Shown in pieces: positions 28,697 to 42,200 of a stretch of 56,337 nucleotides of DNA (position 1 is its first letter; each line of letters starts with the position of its first letter). This stretch comes from an uncultured bacterium (GTDB taxonomy: Bacteria; UBA8481): positions 62,001 to 118,337 of the forward strand of contig CAZCME010000012.1 of the NCBI GenBank assembly GCA_964499705.1, written 5' to 3'. The position numbers and the translations under genes are program-made. Under the pieces are notes generated by a model. It was not told the DNA's origin. It was given only the letters and a program-made list of their open reading frames with translations, and searched no databases.

Positions 28697-30370
28697 TTAC
28701 TCCGGCGGCGCAGGGATCGAACCGAAATCCTTCACGAAGAGCGCACGGTCGAGATCTTCGCGGATGAGCCATTTGCACCCGACGCGCCTCAGGTCGAGCC
28801 GCACCTGGGTCGAATAGTCGCGCCTGGAATTGAGCGACGTATAGTTGATCGTCTGGCGCCAGTTGAACTTGACGATGAGGAATTTCCCCGGATTGACGAT
28901 CGTGATGTCCTCCGAATTCCACCGGCAGAATGACGTCGTCGTCCGGTTGAATAGGTCACGCATGGAATTGTCGAGCTCCTGGTAATCGCGGAAATCTTCC
29001 GCGGAGGAGATGTAATCGCGGTCGATGAGATTGAGAAGGGCTCGGCGGTCGTTGTTGAGATGAGCTTCCGCCAACTTATTGAGAAGCTCGCGGATCTCTT
29101 CGACTTGCGTCTTGTGGCGATAATGGATGACCTTCAGTTCGGGCACGAGATCGACCATCGTGCCGACGTTCGTCATAACCCGAATCCGCGCCACGAAGTC
29201 GCCATCCGCGCGAACCGGAATCTTGTATGAGAATGCGCCGGTCGCGGGATCGATGTTCAGAGGCACGTATGAGTCAGAAACCTTCGCCATAATCCAGGCG
29301 GCCGCGGGACGAGGAGTAATGACGCCCGTCCATGCCATCGTGCCGTCCGGCGCCTCCTCGCGGGTCCAACAGGCTTCCGGAGCGATCGATGCGGCGCGCA
29401 CGTCGTTGATGGCGAGGTTGGAGAGCGAATAACCGCCGGCGGAAACCGTCGACGTAGCGGATGCGCCGGATGAGACCTTGAAGGAGCCGAAGAAACCCGA
29501 AGTGATCTGGATCATCGATCTTCCGGCTGCGTCCTTCGGCATGACGGTCCAGTCGTACGACTGGCCGTCGACGAGCGGCAGACGCGCGTCGGCGGGATTG
29601 AATTCATATCGCGAGCCCGTCACGGTAGCCGTTGCGATCGTATTCTGCGACGTGAGCGGCGGGCGGGAGATGTAGATCTTGTAGCTCGCGGCGCCGGCGA
29701 GCGGCGTCCAGAAGAAATTCGGCTGCGCCGTATTCGCAACGAGCTTCGACTTTGGAACGAAGGGCAGCGAACTCGCCGGGCCCGTCGGCAGAGTGAGAGC
29801 GCCGGGCCATTGGGCCGGATCCGCTATCACGCCGAGAACCGGCGACTGCGGCGCGGTATCGAGCTTGGGCCTCGCCTTCTCCGTGTCGGCCTTTACGACG
29901 CTGAGGGTTGTATCCCCAACCACTCCCATGGTCACCGTCACCTTCGCCGTCGTGCGCTGGCCTCGCCCATCCGTCAACGCGACGATGTCGATCACGCCGC
30001 CTTGGGAACCGGCTTTGTAGATTCCCTGCGCGGCATCAATGGTCGCGCCGGACTTATTATCGAGGATCGTGAACGTCTGCGCGCCCGGCGTGGGGCGTCC
30101 TCCGGAGCTCGAATAGATCTTCGACGTGTTTCCGCCGCCGACGGCGAATGTAAACGACTGGCCGGGCGCAACGGTGACGGTTAACGGTGTGATGGTAAGC
30201 GGAGTCTTCTTCCGGAGCGTAACGCGCTTGACCTTCAGATCGCCCATCTGATTGTACGTGCCCTCGTCGAGAATCATGGCCTCGGGATGAGCGGCAATAA
30301 AGAGAACGGGAATCATGATCGCGACGCCGATTGTCCGGACGATCCTCCGGTGCAGACTTTCGTTCTTCAT
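28697..30370 (-). CDS. Secreted 557-aa protein: Ig/FnIII-like modules plus C-terminal NTF2-like domain
   Basis: Signal peptide; shared TIDAAQGIYKAG module; FFWTPLAGAASYKIYI...YDWTVMP FnIII-like segment; helix-then-strands C-terminus ending KWLIRE. The NTF2 call is inferred. Confidence 0.7.
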   Translation of the reverse strand: MKNESLHRRIVRTIGVAIMIPVLFIAAHPEAMILDEGTYNQMGDLKVKRVTLRKKTPLTITPLTVTVAPGQSFTFAVGGGNTSKIYSSSGGRPTPGAQTFTILDNKSGATIDAAQGIYKAGSQGGVIDIVALTDGRGQRTTAKVTVTMGVVGDTTLSVVKADTEKARPKLDTAPQSPVLGVIADPAQWPGALTLPTGPASSLPFVPKSKLVANTAQPNFFWTPLAGAASYKIYISRPPLTSQNTIATATVTGSRYEFNPADARLPLVDGQSYDWTVMPKDAAGRSMIQITSGFFGSFKVSSGASATSTVSAGGYSLSNLAINDVRAASIAPEACWTREEAPDGTMAWTGVITPRPAAAWIMAKVSDSYVPLNIDPATGAFSYKIPVRADGDFVARIRVMTNVGTMVDLVPELKVIHYRHKTQVEEIRELLNKLAEAHLNNDRRALLNLIDRDYISSAEDFRDYQELDNSMRDLFNRTTTSFCRWNSEDITIVNPGKFLIVKFNWRQTINYTSLNSRRDYSTQVRLDLRRVGCKWLIREDLDRALFVKDFGSIPAPPE

Positions 30371-30409
30371 CCGATGACCTCCCGACCATTCATGGCTATT
30401 TTCCGCCGA

Positions 30410-33229
30410 TCATTCATATTCAATCTCCGCCTCGTATCCCGGCGGCACTTCGATCTTCGTCACGGCACCGGCCTCCGCGCCGGGGAACTCGATCGTCGAT
30501 TCGTGCGCGCCGATGTCGAAAGTCGCCGCCTTTTGGCCTTCCGACGTCTTCCATTCGATATTCCCTGCTATCCCCGGAACTTTGTCGTCGGAATAATCCA
30601 GCGGATCCGTGCCGTCCTTCAACTCCTGGCCGTCCTTCACGCCGCTTCTGTCGGAATCCGCGAGCAAGGGATTGGTCTTATGTATGTTCACTTCGTCTCC
30701 GTCGGAGAGTCCGTCGAAGTCGGTATCGAGATAGAACGGGTTGGTGCCGAGCTTGACCTCATCGGTGTCGCTCAAGCCGTCTCCATCGGCATCGCCGAGA
30801 ACGCCGCCCGACTTGATGGATGCTGACGTCTGTGTCGTCGAGGTCGTATCGCCGGCGAGCCTCGCAAGGACGAGCGCGAGAGGAACCGAAACGGTATCCC
30901 CGCCCGGTGTCTTCGCGGTCAGGTCATCGCGGAAACGGATCGCGGCGAGCTGCTTGCTCAACGAGTCCCTCGCCACGATTCCGCCGGCGGTCGAACCTAG
31001 ATTCCTGTTCCCCGAAATCTCGTCCGCGAACTGCCGCACCGCGGGGATCACACCGCTCGGTCCGGCTTCAGCCGCGACGGCGAGATGGAAATTCGTCAGC
31101 TTCGCGGAATTCGGATCGGACATGTCGCCGAAGTCCGTCTTCGAGACATCGGCGCCGCCCGAGAGGCCGATCGCTTCTCCGACCCGCTCGTTCGTGGAAT
31201 TGATCTGCGATCCCGTGATCATGTTGTTCGGAATCGAATCCATCTTGTCCTTGATGATCTCGGACGCGATCGCGGTCGGGATGTTGAGCGAACACTCGAC
31301 GAGCGTTTCGCCGCGGCCGTTCGTCACCGCGGAGAGCGCTTCCGGAAGATTGGCATTGGCGCCGACGAACTCGTCCCAGAAGAGCCCGTCCGCCTCGATA
31401 CGCGTCGGACCGACCCAGGGACACCTCAGGAAGTATCGTCCATTGTCATCCAGAACTTCGCCGACGACGACCTTCGTCGGATCGTTGAGATACGTCGCCG
31501 TGACGACAGCGCCTTTCCGATACGGCCCCTGGAAGACGGTGCCTCCGAAGTCGCTGTACCGCCTGTCATTCTCCGCGTAGGTCTTGATCATTCCGCCGAG
31601 TTCCGCCAATTCGCCTACGACCGGAATGTCGAAGACTTCCGCTACCGTGCCGGTCACTTCCAGCGCGATGTCCCATCCGTCCGGTGGATTCTGGCCGACA
31701 TAGATCGTCGATTTCGCCGCGCTGTTCGCGTCCTTCACCGCGATCTCATCCTTGCCCTCCTCCGACCCGGCCATATAGATGACGTTCATGCCGTTCAGCT
31801 TGACCGCGCCGTAGGAATTGCCCTCCGCGCCGACTGTAATCTGGCCGGATCCGCCGCTGATCGTGAACGTCTGCTGTTGAAAGGAAGTCATTTGACGCTT
31901 GGATGGCGACAATGAAAGCGGCCCTGGCGGCGGCGGCGGTACATAGACTCGCTCCACCTTGACATGCGCATAGAGATAGGGAGAACCGGGGGATTTCACG
32001 ACGATGGCATTGGTGACGCTCATGGACTGTAAATTATCGGCGATGTTCTTGGCGGTGAATTGGCCGGAGGGCGTGATGGATCCGATGTATTCGGCGCCGC
32101 TGTTCATGGAGAAGGTAATGGCTGAACCGGGACGTCCTCCCGTTGTTCTGAAATTGAAGACTCCGCCCGGGTTCAGTGTCGCCGTGGCCTGTTCGAGCCC
32201 GAGAGGAGGAGGCGCCGGAGAGATATAGATCGTCCGATCGGCCGTCCCTTTGACTTGGCCATCCTGCATATCCTTCACGCGAATTTTCGCCTGGGACGGG
32301 GCATTCGGACCGGCCTTGAAACTACGATTGGACGCACTGAAGCTCCCGCCCGATCCATCGGAAATGAGTTCCCAAACTTTCTGAGCTCCCCAGCCGCCGG
32401 TATGCCAGAAATAAGTCTTCTCGCCCGACTCCAGGTTCGACTGCCCTACTTGGATATCGAGAGGCTCCGTCATCTCGACCCAGGCCTCGCCCATGGCGCC
32501 GGCCTCGTCGAACGAGTAGATCTTCACCATGGCGCCGGCGATTTTCCCGGCGGTGTATGTGCCGTCGGCCGCGATCGTCCCTCGCCGTTTGGGATCGGTG
32601 CCGGAATACGGCTCGTTGAACGCGTAGGTGATCTTTCCGTCGCCGCCCGTCACGGTATATTTCTGCGTCTTGCCGCAGTTGAGACGCGCGGAAGCAGGCT
32701 CCATCTTCAAAGGCGGCGGACGAACGATATAGAAGTCGATCATCCAGGAATAGTCGTACTCGACGAGCGCAATGCCGTTGAACAGGACCTTCACCACCGT
32801 GTTGTATCCGACGATGGCGCAGTTCTTGGGCATCGCGACCTCGACCGTGATCACGGTCTCCTGGTTCGGAGCGAACGTCGCGGTCTGCTCCGGGCCTTTG
32901 ATCACATTGCTGTACCAATCCTTCACCGAAACGGAGAGCTGAGCGTCGACGCTCGCGCCGCCGAGGTTGGAGAATGTCAATGCGAGCTTGACCTTGCTGC
33001 CGGGAATAAAGGCCGGGAAGCCGTTGTCGTTCTTCTGCGGCGGATCGACGACTGCGATCGATTTCAGATAGATCTTGGGCTTCTCGACGCTGAAGACCGG
33101 GAACTCCGCCCCGTTCCTGATCGTGGGAGCGGCGTCAGCCGGGCCAGAAGATGCGATCGCCAGAAGGCAGGCCATCATCGCAACGACGAGGTGTATTCGT
33201 CGTCCTCCAGTCACGTTTCTCATTTCCAT
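30410..33229 (-). CDS. Secreted ~938-aa multidomain surface protein with C-terminal DxDGDG Ca-binding repeats
   Basis: Signal peptide (…MACLLAIASSGPADA); Ig-like modules; QGPYRKGAVV…ADGLFWDE…NIPT domain; three DxDGDGL-type repeats. Start is 33229 or 33223 (ATGA overlap). Confidence 0.8.
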   Translation of the reverse strand: MEMRNVTGGRRIHLVVAMMACLLAIASSGPADAAPTIRNGAEFPVFSVEKPKIYLKSIAVVDPPQKNDNGFPAFIPGSKVKLALTFSNLGGASVDAQLSVSVKDWYSNVIKGPEQTATFAPNQETVITVEVAMPKNCAIVGYNTVVKVLFNGIALVEYDYSWMIDFYIVRPPPLKMEPASARLNCGKTQKYTVTGGDGKITYAFNEPYSGTDPKRRGTIAADGTYTAGKIAGAMVKIYSFDEAGAMGEAWVEMTEPLDIQVGQSNLESGEKTYFWHTGGWGAQKVWELISDGSGGSFSASNRSFKAGPNAPSQAKIRVKDMQDGQVKGTADRTIYISPAPPPLGLEQATATLNPGGVFNFRTTGGRPGSAITFSMNSGAEYIGSITPSGQFTAKNIADNLQSMSVTNAIVVKSPGSPYLYAHVKVERVYVPPPPPGPLSLSPSKRQMTSFQQQTFTISGGSGQITVGAEGNSYGAVKLNGMNVIYMAGSEEGKDEIAVKDANSAAKSTIYVGQNPPDGWDIALEVTGTVAEVFDIPVVGELAELGGMIKTYAENDRRYSDFGGTVFQGPYRKGAVVTATYLNDPTKVVVGEVLDDNGRYFLRCPWVGPTRIEADGLFWDEFVGANANLPEALSAVTNGRGETLVECSLNIPTAIASEIIKDKMDSIPNNMITGSQINSTNERVGEAIGLSGGADVSKTDFGDMSDPNSAKLTNFHLAVAAEAGPSGVIPAVRQFADEISGNRNLGSTAGGIVARDSLSKQLAAIRFRDDLTAKTPGGDTVSVPLALVLARLAGDTTSTTQTSASIKSGGVLGDADGDGLSDTDEVKLGTNPFYLDTDFDGLSDGDEVNIHKTNPLLADSDRSGVKDGQELKDGTDPLDYSDDKVPGIAGNIEWKTSEGQKAATFDIGAHESTIEFPGAEAGAVTKIEVPPGYEAEIEYE

Positions 33230-36200
33230 GTCACGCTCACCTTCGCCTTGTACTTGCCGTTCGCGGCGGTCGTGGGGAGCTGGAAGGCGAACTTGACGGG
33301 CGTGGTTCCGTTCGCGGAAGCCGAGCCCGTGAAATCGCTCTTCGAGAAGACGGTCGTGCCGTCCGGCGTCATGATCGTCAGCGCGGCGGTGAAATTGCGC
33401 GACTGGGAAGCGGAGTTCAGGACGTTGAATTCGCCGCTCACGTTGCTTCCCTGTGTGTAGATCTTCAATGCTCCGGCATCGGCATTCTCAGCCGAACCCG
33501 ACGAAAGAATCTCCACGCCGTCCGCCGCGGCCTCGACCTTGCCTCCCTTATTGTTCGCCGTCACGACGCAGGTGACGAGCACATTGGGACTCGTGCCGAG
33601 TTCTTCCTTCGTGGGTTGATACCAGCTTCCCGTTTTGCCGGGCACGTCCGTGCCTTCGATCTGCCAGCGGTAGCTGTAATAGATCGACGGATCGCCTTTC
33701 CACTTGCCGCTAGTGCATTGCAGCACGCCGGGCCAGTTCGGATAGAAGGAGACGACGGGCTTCTCGACATTTTCTGGCTTGTCCACCGCGATCGTAACGG
33801 AATCGGTCGTAACCGATGCGCTTCCGCCTCGCTCGCTCGTCGCCGTCACCTTGCAACTGATCGGCTCCATACCGACCGCTTCGGTCACCGCGTAGGAAGC
33901 ATCGGTGGCGCCGGAGATGGGATAGTATCCGCGCATCAACCACTGATATGTGTATGTGAGGGTTCTGTCGCCCGTCCACTCTCCGGGATTGCAGGTGAGA
34001 ATCGATCCGATCTTCGGCTTGCCGGTCATCGTCGGCGGGCTCTTGTTCACCGTCGGCTCGACGGTGACGTACACGCCTTTCGTCATGACGATTACCTTGG
34101 CTCCCGCATTCTCAGCCGTCACCTGGAGAGTGATCGTCTTTATACCGTCATCCGAAGTCGTCGTGTAGGTCTTTCCGTTCGCTCCGCTGATGACCTTGCT
34201 GTCTGCAAACCACTGGTATGTATAGACGATCGGCGGTTCGCCGGTCCATGATCCCACGTTGCCGGTCAGGGTCTGCCCGACTTTCGGATCGCCCGTGATA
34301 TAGGGAACGGAGCTATTCCTCGGCTTCTCCACGGAAACGGTGACGGCGTTCGAGCTCACCGATTTGGTGTTTCGGGAATTGGATGCCGTGACGCGGCAAC
34401 TGATCTTCTTTCCGAAATCCTCCTGGACGACCACGTAGAACGGATAGGTCGCGTTCGCTATATCCTTGTCCTCGCGCACCCACTGATATTTATAGGTGAT
34501 CGTCGGATCCCCGGTCCAGTCTCCCCGATTGCAATTCAGATCCACTCCGACAAACGCCTCGTCCGGGACGGTGGGCGCAACCGTGTTCGCGATCGGAATG
34601 ACGTTCACTTTTACGGCCGCGGTCGTCACGGCAACGGTTCCGGCGCCGTTGACACCCGACACCTTGCAGGAGATCGATTTGGTCGCGTCGGCGTCCACGA
34701 CGGTGTAAGAGTTGGAGGTCGCTCCCGTAATGGCGGCGTTATCGCGGAGCCACTGGTATTGACAGACGACAGAGACGTCATTGTCCCATCCGCCTTCACT
34801 GCACCTCAACCGCTGGCCGATATTGGCCGTGCCCGAAATGACCGGCAGGGCGGTGTTCTTCGGCTTCGTGACGACGACCTTGATGGCCGTGGTCTTCGCC
34901 GTAGCCTTGCCGATCGCATTGGATGCGGTAACCGCGCAACTGATCATCTTCTGAGCATCCGGTTCCATGACGGCATAGGAGGGATAGGTCGCGCCGACGA
35001 TGTCCTTGTCATCGACCTTCCACTGGTACGTATAGGAGTTCGACGCGCCCCCGGTCCATTCGCCCGGAGCGCAGGTCAAGGTCTGTCCGATCACCGTGGA
35101 TCCAGAGATCGTCGGCAGGACTACATTTGCCGGCGCCATGAGCTTGAACGGTATTTCATTCGAAAGCATCGCTGTTTGTCCGCCGTCGTTGATGGCCGTC
35201 ACCCTGCAGGAGAGCTTGCCGGGAATCACGTCCGACGTGAGGGTGAATGTTTTGTCGGTCGCTCCGGCGATTTCCTGGCCGTCCTTCAACCACTGATACT
35301 GAAAGATCGGAGGAGGCGGCTTTCCTTTCCAATATCCTTCATTGCAGTACCAAGTTGCTCCGGCGACTTTACTCTGAGCCGGGATCATGTTCTGAATCAT
35401 GTCCGCCGACATCATCATCAACATGCTGCCGCCAAACTCACTGTACCAGATGGTCGGCTTATCCGACGCGTTCCGGAGCTCTGGTTTCGGGATCGTGTAG
35501 CCGGGAATTTCGACCGTGAAGATTTCAGGCGCTCCATAATCGGCATTCGCATCGCCGGGCACTTCATTTCTTACGAGCTTCATGAAATACCTTCCAGGCA
35601 CGGCACTGGTCGGAATTGTCAGACTGATCTCATGCTCCAATTTCTGACCGGGGGAAATGGTCAGGTTGGAAGTCTTTCCCTTGATGATTTCCAAGTAGGA
35701 CAAATTGTAAATGAAATAATCAACATTGAAGACTTTAGTGATGTTCTTGTTTGATTTGATGGTGATTCTGCACTTCGTGGTCATGCCGGGCTTGACGATC
35801 GAATCCGTCGCGTTTGCACCCAGGATATTGATATGGCCTGAGGTGTTCGGCGTATAGGACCAATGCCCAATAGTGAAGACTTCGGCTTCCGGAGTTTTCA
35901 TCGGATTCGCGATAACCCTCCATTCACCACCGGCGGGACGAGCCTTCAGCGTCACGCGCCCTTTATAAACTCCATAAATCACGGGCTTGGGATATTCGAA
36001 TTCGAATGGCACGGTCATGAATGTGGCGCTCACCGTTGCCTTGATGGGAATCTTCTTCATCACCTCAAGATTCAGATTCAGCACGGAGAGTTCAAGTTCG
36101 ACCTCCTGGGTCACGCCGGAGAGATTTTGGATGACGATTCCGCCGTGAATCACATACCGCTCCATTCCCTCGCGGAATCCCTCGTCGAAGTTCTTGATGG

Positions 36201-39200
36201 AGTCGACCCTTACATCCACCGCCTCGGAATTGATGGAATTGCTGATCGCGGAACTTGCGCCGCTCGAGTTGGTCCCGGTCACGCGGCAAGTGATCTGCTT
36301 ATACGCGGTGATGGCCCCCACGATGTACGAGGCCGCGTTCGCTCCGGGAATTTCCGAACCGCCCGCGAGCCATTGGTACGAATAGAAGATGGTCGGGTCG
36401 CCGGACCAGGCGTTGGGCTTGCAGGTAAGCGTGCCCCCGATCTTCGCGTCGCCGCTGATCGAAGGAAGCGTGGTGTTTGCGGGCTTCTGCACCGTGACCG
36501 TGACCGGTTCGCTTGTCGCCAAAGTCTGTCCGCTGGGATTCTTTGCGGTCACCTGGCACGTGAGAGTCTTCAGGGCGTCCGCTTCGGTGACGGTGTATCG
36601 CGCCGATGTCGCGCGGGAGATCTCGACTCCGTCGCGGAACCACTTGTACGTGAGCGTCATATCGAGATCGTTCAACCAGGCGCCGGGATCGCAGGAGAGG
36701 TTCGCGCCGATCTTGACCGCGCCTGCGATGGACGGAAGGACCGAGTTGAAGGGCGCAGGAGCCGGAATGGCGACTCCGGCGGAGATCGCCGAGGTCTGCC
36801 CGACGTCGTTCGTGGCCGTCACCTTGCAGGTCAGCGTCTTCAAGGCATCGGCCTGAACGGGCGTGTAGGTCGAGCTGATGGCCTCGGGAATATCGACGCC
36901 GCCGCGCTGCCATTGATAGGTATAGCGGATCTGCGCGAAATATCCGTAGGTCGCTGTGGAGTTTCCTTTCCAGCTGCCGTTGTCGCAGGTCAGGAGTGCG
37001 CCTACGCGATTCTCGCCGGTGATAGCCGGAAGCGCTGTATTGGTGGGCGCGGTGCCTGAGGGAATGGTGAGGGTGTCGACGGTCCTGGCGAAAACATAAA
37101 CCTGGGCGCCACCACCGTCTTTAACCACGATCTGGTGCGAGGCGCCGGATTTCTGATCCTTCGCCGTATACAGCCCGGTCTTCTCGTCGATGGTGCCTTG
37201 CCCTGCATAATACCCGGAAAAAGCAAACTTGTAATTGCCGTCGCCTCCGGACGCCGTAAACTTGACCGTCTTGCCAGGCAGGACTTCACCCAAGACGGGC
37301 GAGACCGTCAAAGGCGCCATGGCGAGCGTATTACGAACGTTGATTTTCATGATACATTGACCGCCGACGGCGTCCCTTACATAAACCTCGTCCGTTACGT
37401 TGCCCTTCGTCCCGGCCTTATAAACACCCGTCGTCGCGTTGATCGATGGAGCGCCCGATTGGGCCCATTTCATTTCGTACTTATACGGAGGAGTGCCGCC
37501 TGTTGTGACGAAAGTTGCCGTTCCACCCGGCAAGACCTGTTGCCACTCCGGAGTGGCGAGCAGCCACTTATCAATGGGCTGTTCTTTCGATACGACCACG
37601 GTGTCGAGTCCATCGTACGAGAACGCGAGCGTAAAACTCAGGGTGCGACCGCGGTCCTCCGGTTCAACTTTTCGAAACTGCTGGGTGGCGCCCGGGATAT
37701 CTTTACCGTCCCGACGCCATTGATAGGAATAAACGGTCGGTGGATAAAAACTCCAGACGCCATTATCGGCCCGGAGCTGATTCTCAGGACGGGTAAATAC
37801 GCCCCAGACATAGGGCAGTGAAGTATTGGTGGGCAGAACTCTCGTCCTTGCCACCGTGAATTTCGCTTCACAGCGGGCGCCTTTCGCATCGACGAATTGA
37901 ACTGCAGCGTTAAAGTCGTACTGGGTCCAGGAATAAATTCCGGCCGTGTATTCTCCCGTGGTGGCGTCGATCTTTCCAAGTGGAGATGAGCCCGACATGG
38001 AGTAGGTGTATGGCGGGGTACCGCCTTTCGCGACGAACGTGAACTTCTCGCCCCCCTGCAACAATGTCGGCACGGATGCGAACTTGAGCGGCGACACCGC
38101 CGCCGTCACTACAGACTGGCTTCCCGAAGAGTTCGTCCCGGTGACGCGACAACTGATACTGTGCCCCAGGTCTTCAGCCGTGATTTTCCATTTCCGATCC
38201 GTGGCGCCGGATATTTCAACACCGTCGCGCAACCATTGGTAGGATTGAATAACCTGCCAATCCCCGGTCCAGGTTACATTGCTGCAGTAAAGCGTGTTGT
38301 CGAGACTGGCATTGCCGCTGAGAGTCGGCAGGTCCGTGGTTGAAGGCTTCCTGAAGGTTTCGGTGAGCGGCTTGACCGTGAAGATCTCGAACTTCTCGCC
38401 GGAATTGTATTCGTGGAGGATCGCACCTGCTGCGTCCTTCAGTATCGCCGTAGCCTTGTACACGCCCGTCTCGGCATTCGCCGGTATGGCGCACTGATAT
38501 GCAAAGGCTGCCGGATCGCCGGAGACCGGAATATTCTCGGACTTGTTCCACGTGTTGATCACGCGGCCGCTCGGGCTCGCGAAGTTCATCTCGACGACGG
38601 CGGGTTGAATCTTCGTCGACCACGCGTCGAGATAGATCTTTCCAACCGCGGTTTTGCCGGGATGAATGAAGAGATCGTCGGACTTCACATCCGTGATGAG
38701 ATGCGTGATCGTCGTCGATGGGGCGGGGGTGAGCTTGAAGAGATCGCTCGCCGACGTCGAGGCAACGATCGTGGGAGCGCCGGCCCAGGACGCCTTCACA
38801 TTGACCTGCGCCTTGTACTGACCTGCGGGGGCCGACGCGGGAACCTTGATCGTGAAGCGGATGGCCGACTTTCCACCGGCCGGCACGGAACCCGTCAGGC
38901 CCGGCAGGGAGATCGACGAGAATCCGGACGGCCCCTGCACCGTCAATGTCGCATCGACGGCCTGGTCGTTCGCGCCGGAATTCTTCACGAGGATCTCGCC
39001 GGTGATCTCCTGTTCCGCGCCCGCGGGATAAGACGATTTTCCCGTCGTGACGGCGTCGATGTCGATGGTCGGTCTGACCTCGACCGCGCTCGTGGTCGCC
39101 GGTGCGGCGCCTCCCGCGTTCGAGGCAATGACGCGGCACGATATTTTCGATCCGCCATCGGACGGCTTGAGCAGGAATGTCGATCCGGTCGCGCCGGAGA

Positions 39201-42200
39201 TATCGATGTCATTGCGGAGCCACTGATACGCATGCGTGATAGGTGATTCCCCCGACCATTCGCCCTTGTTGCAGGTGAGAGTCATTCCGGACTTCGCCTC
39301 GCCCTGGATCGAGGGCTTCAGTGTATTGGCCGGCTTGACCATGGCGGAAGCCGGGACGGCGACAGGCGCGGCAAAACCTTCCGTCCTGCCGGCGGGATTC
39401 GAGGCGGTGATTTTGCACGCGAGCATGCGACCGCCGTCCGTCGCCTTGATCATGTACATCGCGCCGGTCGCACCATCGATCTTGTTGTCGTCGATCATCC
39501 ATTGGTAGGCGAACGCAATCGGAGGATGACCCGACCATACGCCGGGATTGCACGCAGCGCTCGAGCCGACCTTCAATTCGCCGGTGATCGAGGCGGGCGT
39601 CGTGTTGATGGGCGCGTAGATGCGAAACTCGGATGATGAAGTGGCGGACGAGACGGCGCCGCCCGCGTTGGTCGCGGTGACGCGACAGGAGAGGCTGTGC
39701 CCGCCGTCGGCTTCGACAACCGAGTAATCCGGAAGCGTCGCGCCCGAAATCTCCCGCCCGTCCCGCAACCACTGATACTTGTAGACGATCGGCTCGTCGC
39801 CGGACCATATGCCTTGGCCCGAAGACAGCTTCGCGCCGAGCTCCGCCTGGCCCGTGAGTTCGGGCTGGCCTCCGTTCGTGGGCGGCGCTACAAAGATCTC
39901 AATCGCTTCCGTCACCGCCGACGCCGACCCGGCCTTGTTCGTGAGGGTGATCTCGCAACTGATGCGCTTCGATCCGTCCTCCGCGGCGATGGTGTAATCC
40001 ACCGCGGTTGCCCCCGGGATCGGCACACCGTTCCTGAGCCACTGGAACTTTCCTTCGATCTTCGGATCGCCGGTCCATCCGCCCGGCTTGCAGACAAGCT
40101 TCGATCCGATCCTCGGCTCGCCGGACAGGACAGGCAGGGTCGTGATGGCGGGTTTCACGATGGTGATGGTAACCTCCGCCGTCGTCGCCGATGCCTCGCC
40201 GCCCGCGTTCGATACCGTCATGCGGCAGGAGATCTTGCGAAGTCCGTCCGCGTCCTCGAGGAGGTATATCTTCTCCGTCGCGCCCGGAATTTCCCGGCCG
40301 TCGCGGAGCCATTGGTATTTGTTGCGGAGCGTCTTGTCACCCGTCCACTCGCCCGGACGACAGTGGAGCGACAGGCCGATCGACGGCGTGCCTCCCAGGG
40401 TTGGCGGAACCGTATTCGACGGCTTCTCGACGTCCACCGTGACAGGCGCAGTGGTGATGGTCTTCTCGCCGCCCGGATTGGTCGTCGTCACCCTGCACGA
40501 AATCTTGTGGAAGGCGTCGTCTTCGATGACGGTGTACGTCGGTCCCGTCGCGTCGGGAATCTCCCTTCCGTCCAGCAGCCACTGATACTTGTACGCGATC
40601 GGAGGAGGGCCGGTCCAATCTCCGGACTGGCATGTGACTTCGGAACCGATCCGGACGCTGCCGGATATCGCGGGCGGCGTGGTGTTCTCAGGCGGTGTCG
40701 GAGGCGTCGGCGGAGCGGGCTTCACGGCGGGAACAAGCGGATCGGTCTTGAGGTTGTTGACCTCGTCACCGTCGGTGAAGTCGTCACCGTCGGTGTCAGT
40801 CTTCTTCGGGTCGGTCTTGCGCGAGACCTCATCGCCGTCCGAAAGGCCATCGCCGTCCGTGTCGGCCTTCGTCGCATCGAGACCGAGTTCCTTCTCCTTG
40901 CGGTCGGAGAGGCCATCGCCGTCGCCGTCGCGATCGAGATCGTCCTTCGGATCGGTGGGATCGGTTCCGTCTTTGACTTCCTGCCCGTCCGGAGTTCCGC
41001 TGCCATCTGTATCAGCCTTCAGTGGATCGGACTTGTGCGTCTTGACCTCGTCACCATCCGAAAGGCCGTCGCCGTCCGTGTCGGATTTTTTGGGATCCGT
41101 GCCGCGGTTCAATTCGTCGCTGTCCGACAGTCCATCTCCGTCGGTATCCGCCTTCTTCGGATCGAGTTCGAGTTTGATCTCGCGGCGATTCGGCAAGCCG
41201 TCGTTGTCATTATCGAGCTCGAGATCGTCCGTCGGGTCGGCAGGATCTGTCCCGTCCTCGATTTCCTGGGCATCCCTCGTGCCGCTTCCGTCGGAGTCCA
41301 CTTTCAAGGGATCGGATTTGTATTTATTGACCTCGTCGCCGTCCAAGAGCCCGTCGCCATCGGTGTCGGCCTTATTGGGGTTAGAACCGCGCTTTACCTC
41401 GTCGCCATCCGAAAGCCCGTCGCCATCGGTGTCCGGCTTGGTCGGATCGAGCCCGAGTTCCTTCTCCTTGCGGTCCGTTAAGCCATCTTTGTCCGTATCG
41501 CCATCGAGGTCGTCCTTTGGATCGGTCGGATTCGTGCCGTCTTTTATTTCCTCTCCATCGGGTGTGCCGCTGCCATCAGAATCCTTGTTCAACGGATCGG
41601 ACTTGTGCTTGTCCACCTCGTCGCCATCCGAAAGCCCATCGTCATCGGAATCGGTGTCCTTCGGATCGGTTCCGCGCGTGATCTCGTCGCCGTCCGGCAG
41701 ACCGTCGCCGTCCGTGTCGGCCTTCTTCGGATCGAGCCCGAGTTCCTTTTCCTTCCGATCGGAAAGTCCATCTTTATCGGAGTCTCCATCGAGATCGTCG
41801 GTCGGATCCGTCGGGTCCGTGCCATCCTTTATTTCCTGGCCGTCGGGCGTGCCGCTGCCGTCGGAGTCCGTCTTCAGGGGATCGGACTTGTGCGTGTTCA
41901 CTTCCTCGCCGTCGGGGAGGCCGTCTTTGTCAGAATCAGGATTTTTCGGATCCGTCCCGCGCTTGATTTCATCGGCATCGGAAAGTCCATCGTCGTCAGT
42001 GTCTGCCTTCGCCGGATCGGTGCCGAGCTCCTTCTCCTTGCGGTCGGTCAATCCGTCCTTGTCGGTATCGCCGTCAAGATCGTCCTTCGGATCCGTCGGA
42101 TTCGTACCGTCCTTGATTTCCTCACCGTCGGGCGTGCCGCTGCCGTCGGAGTCCGTATTCAGCGGATCGGACTTGTGCGTGTTGACTTCATCGCCGTCCG

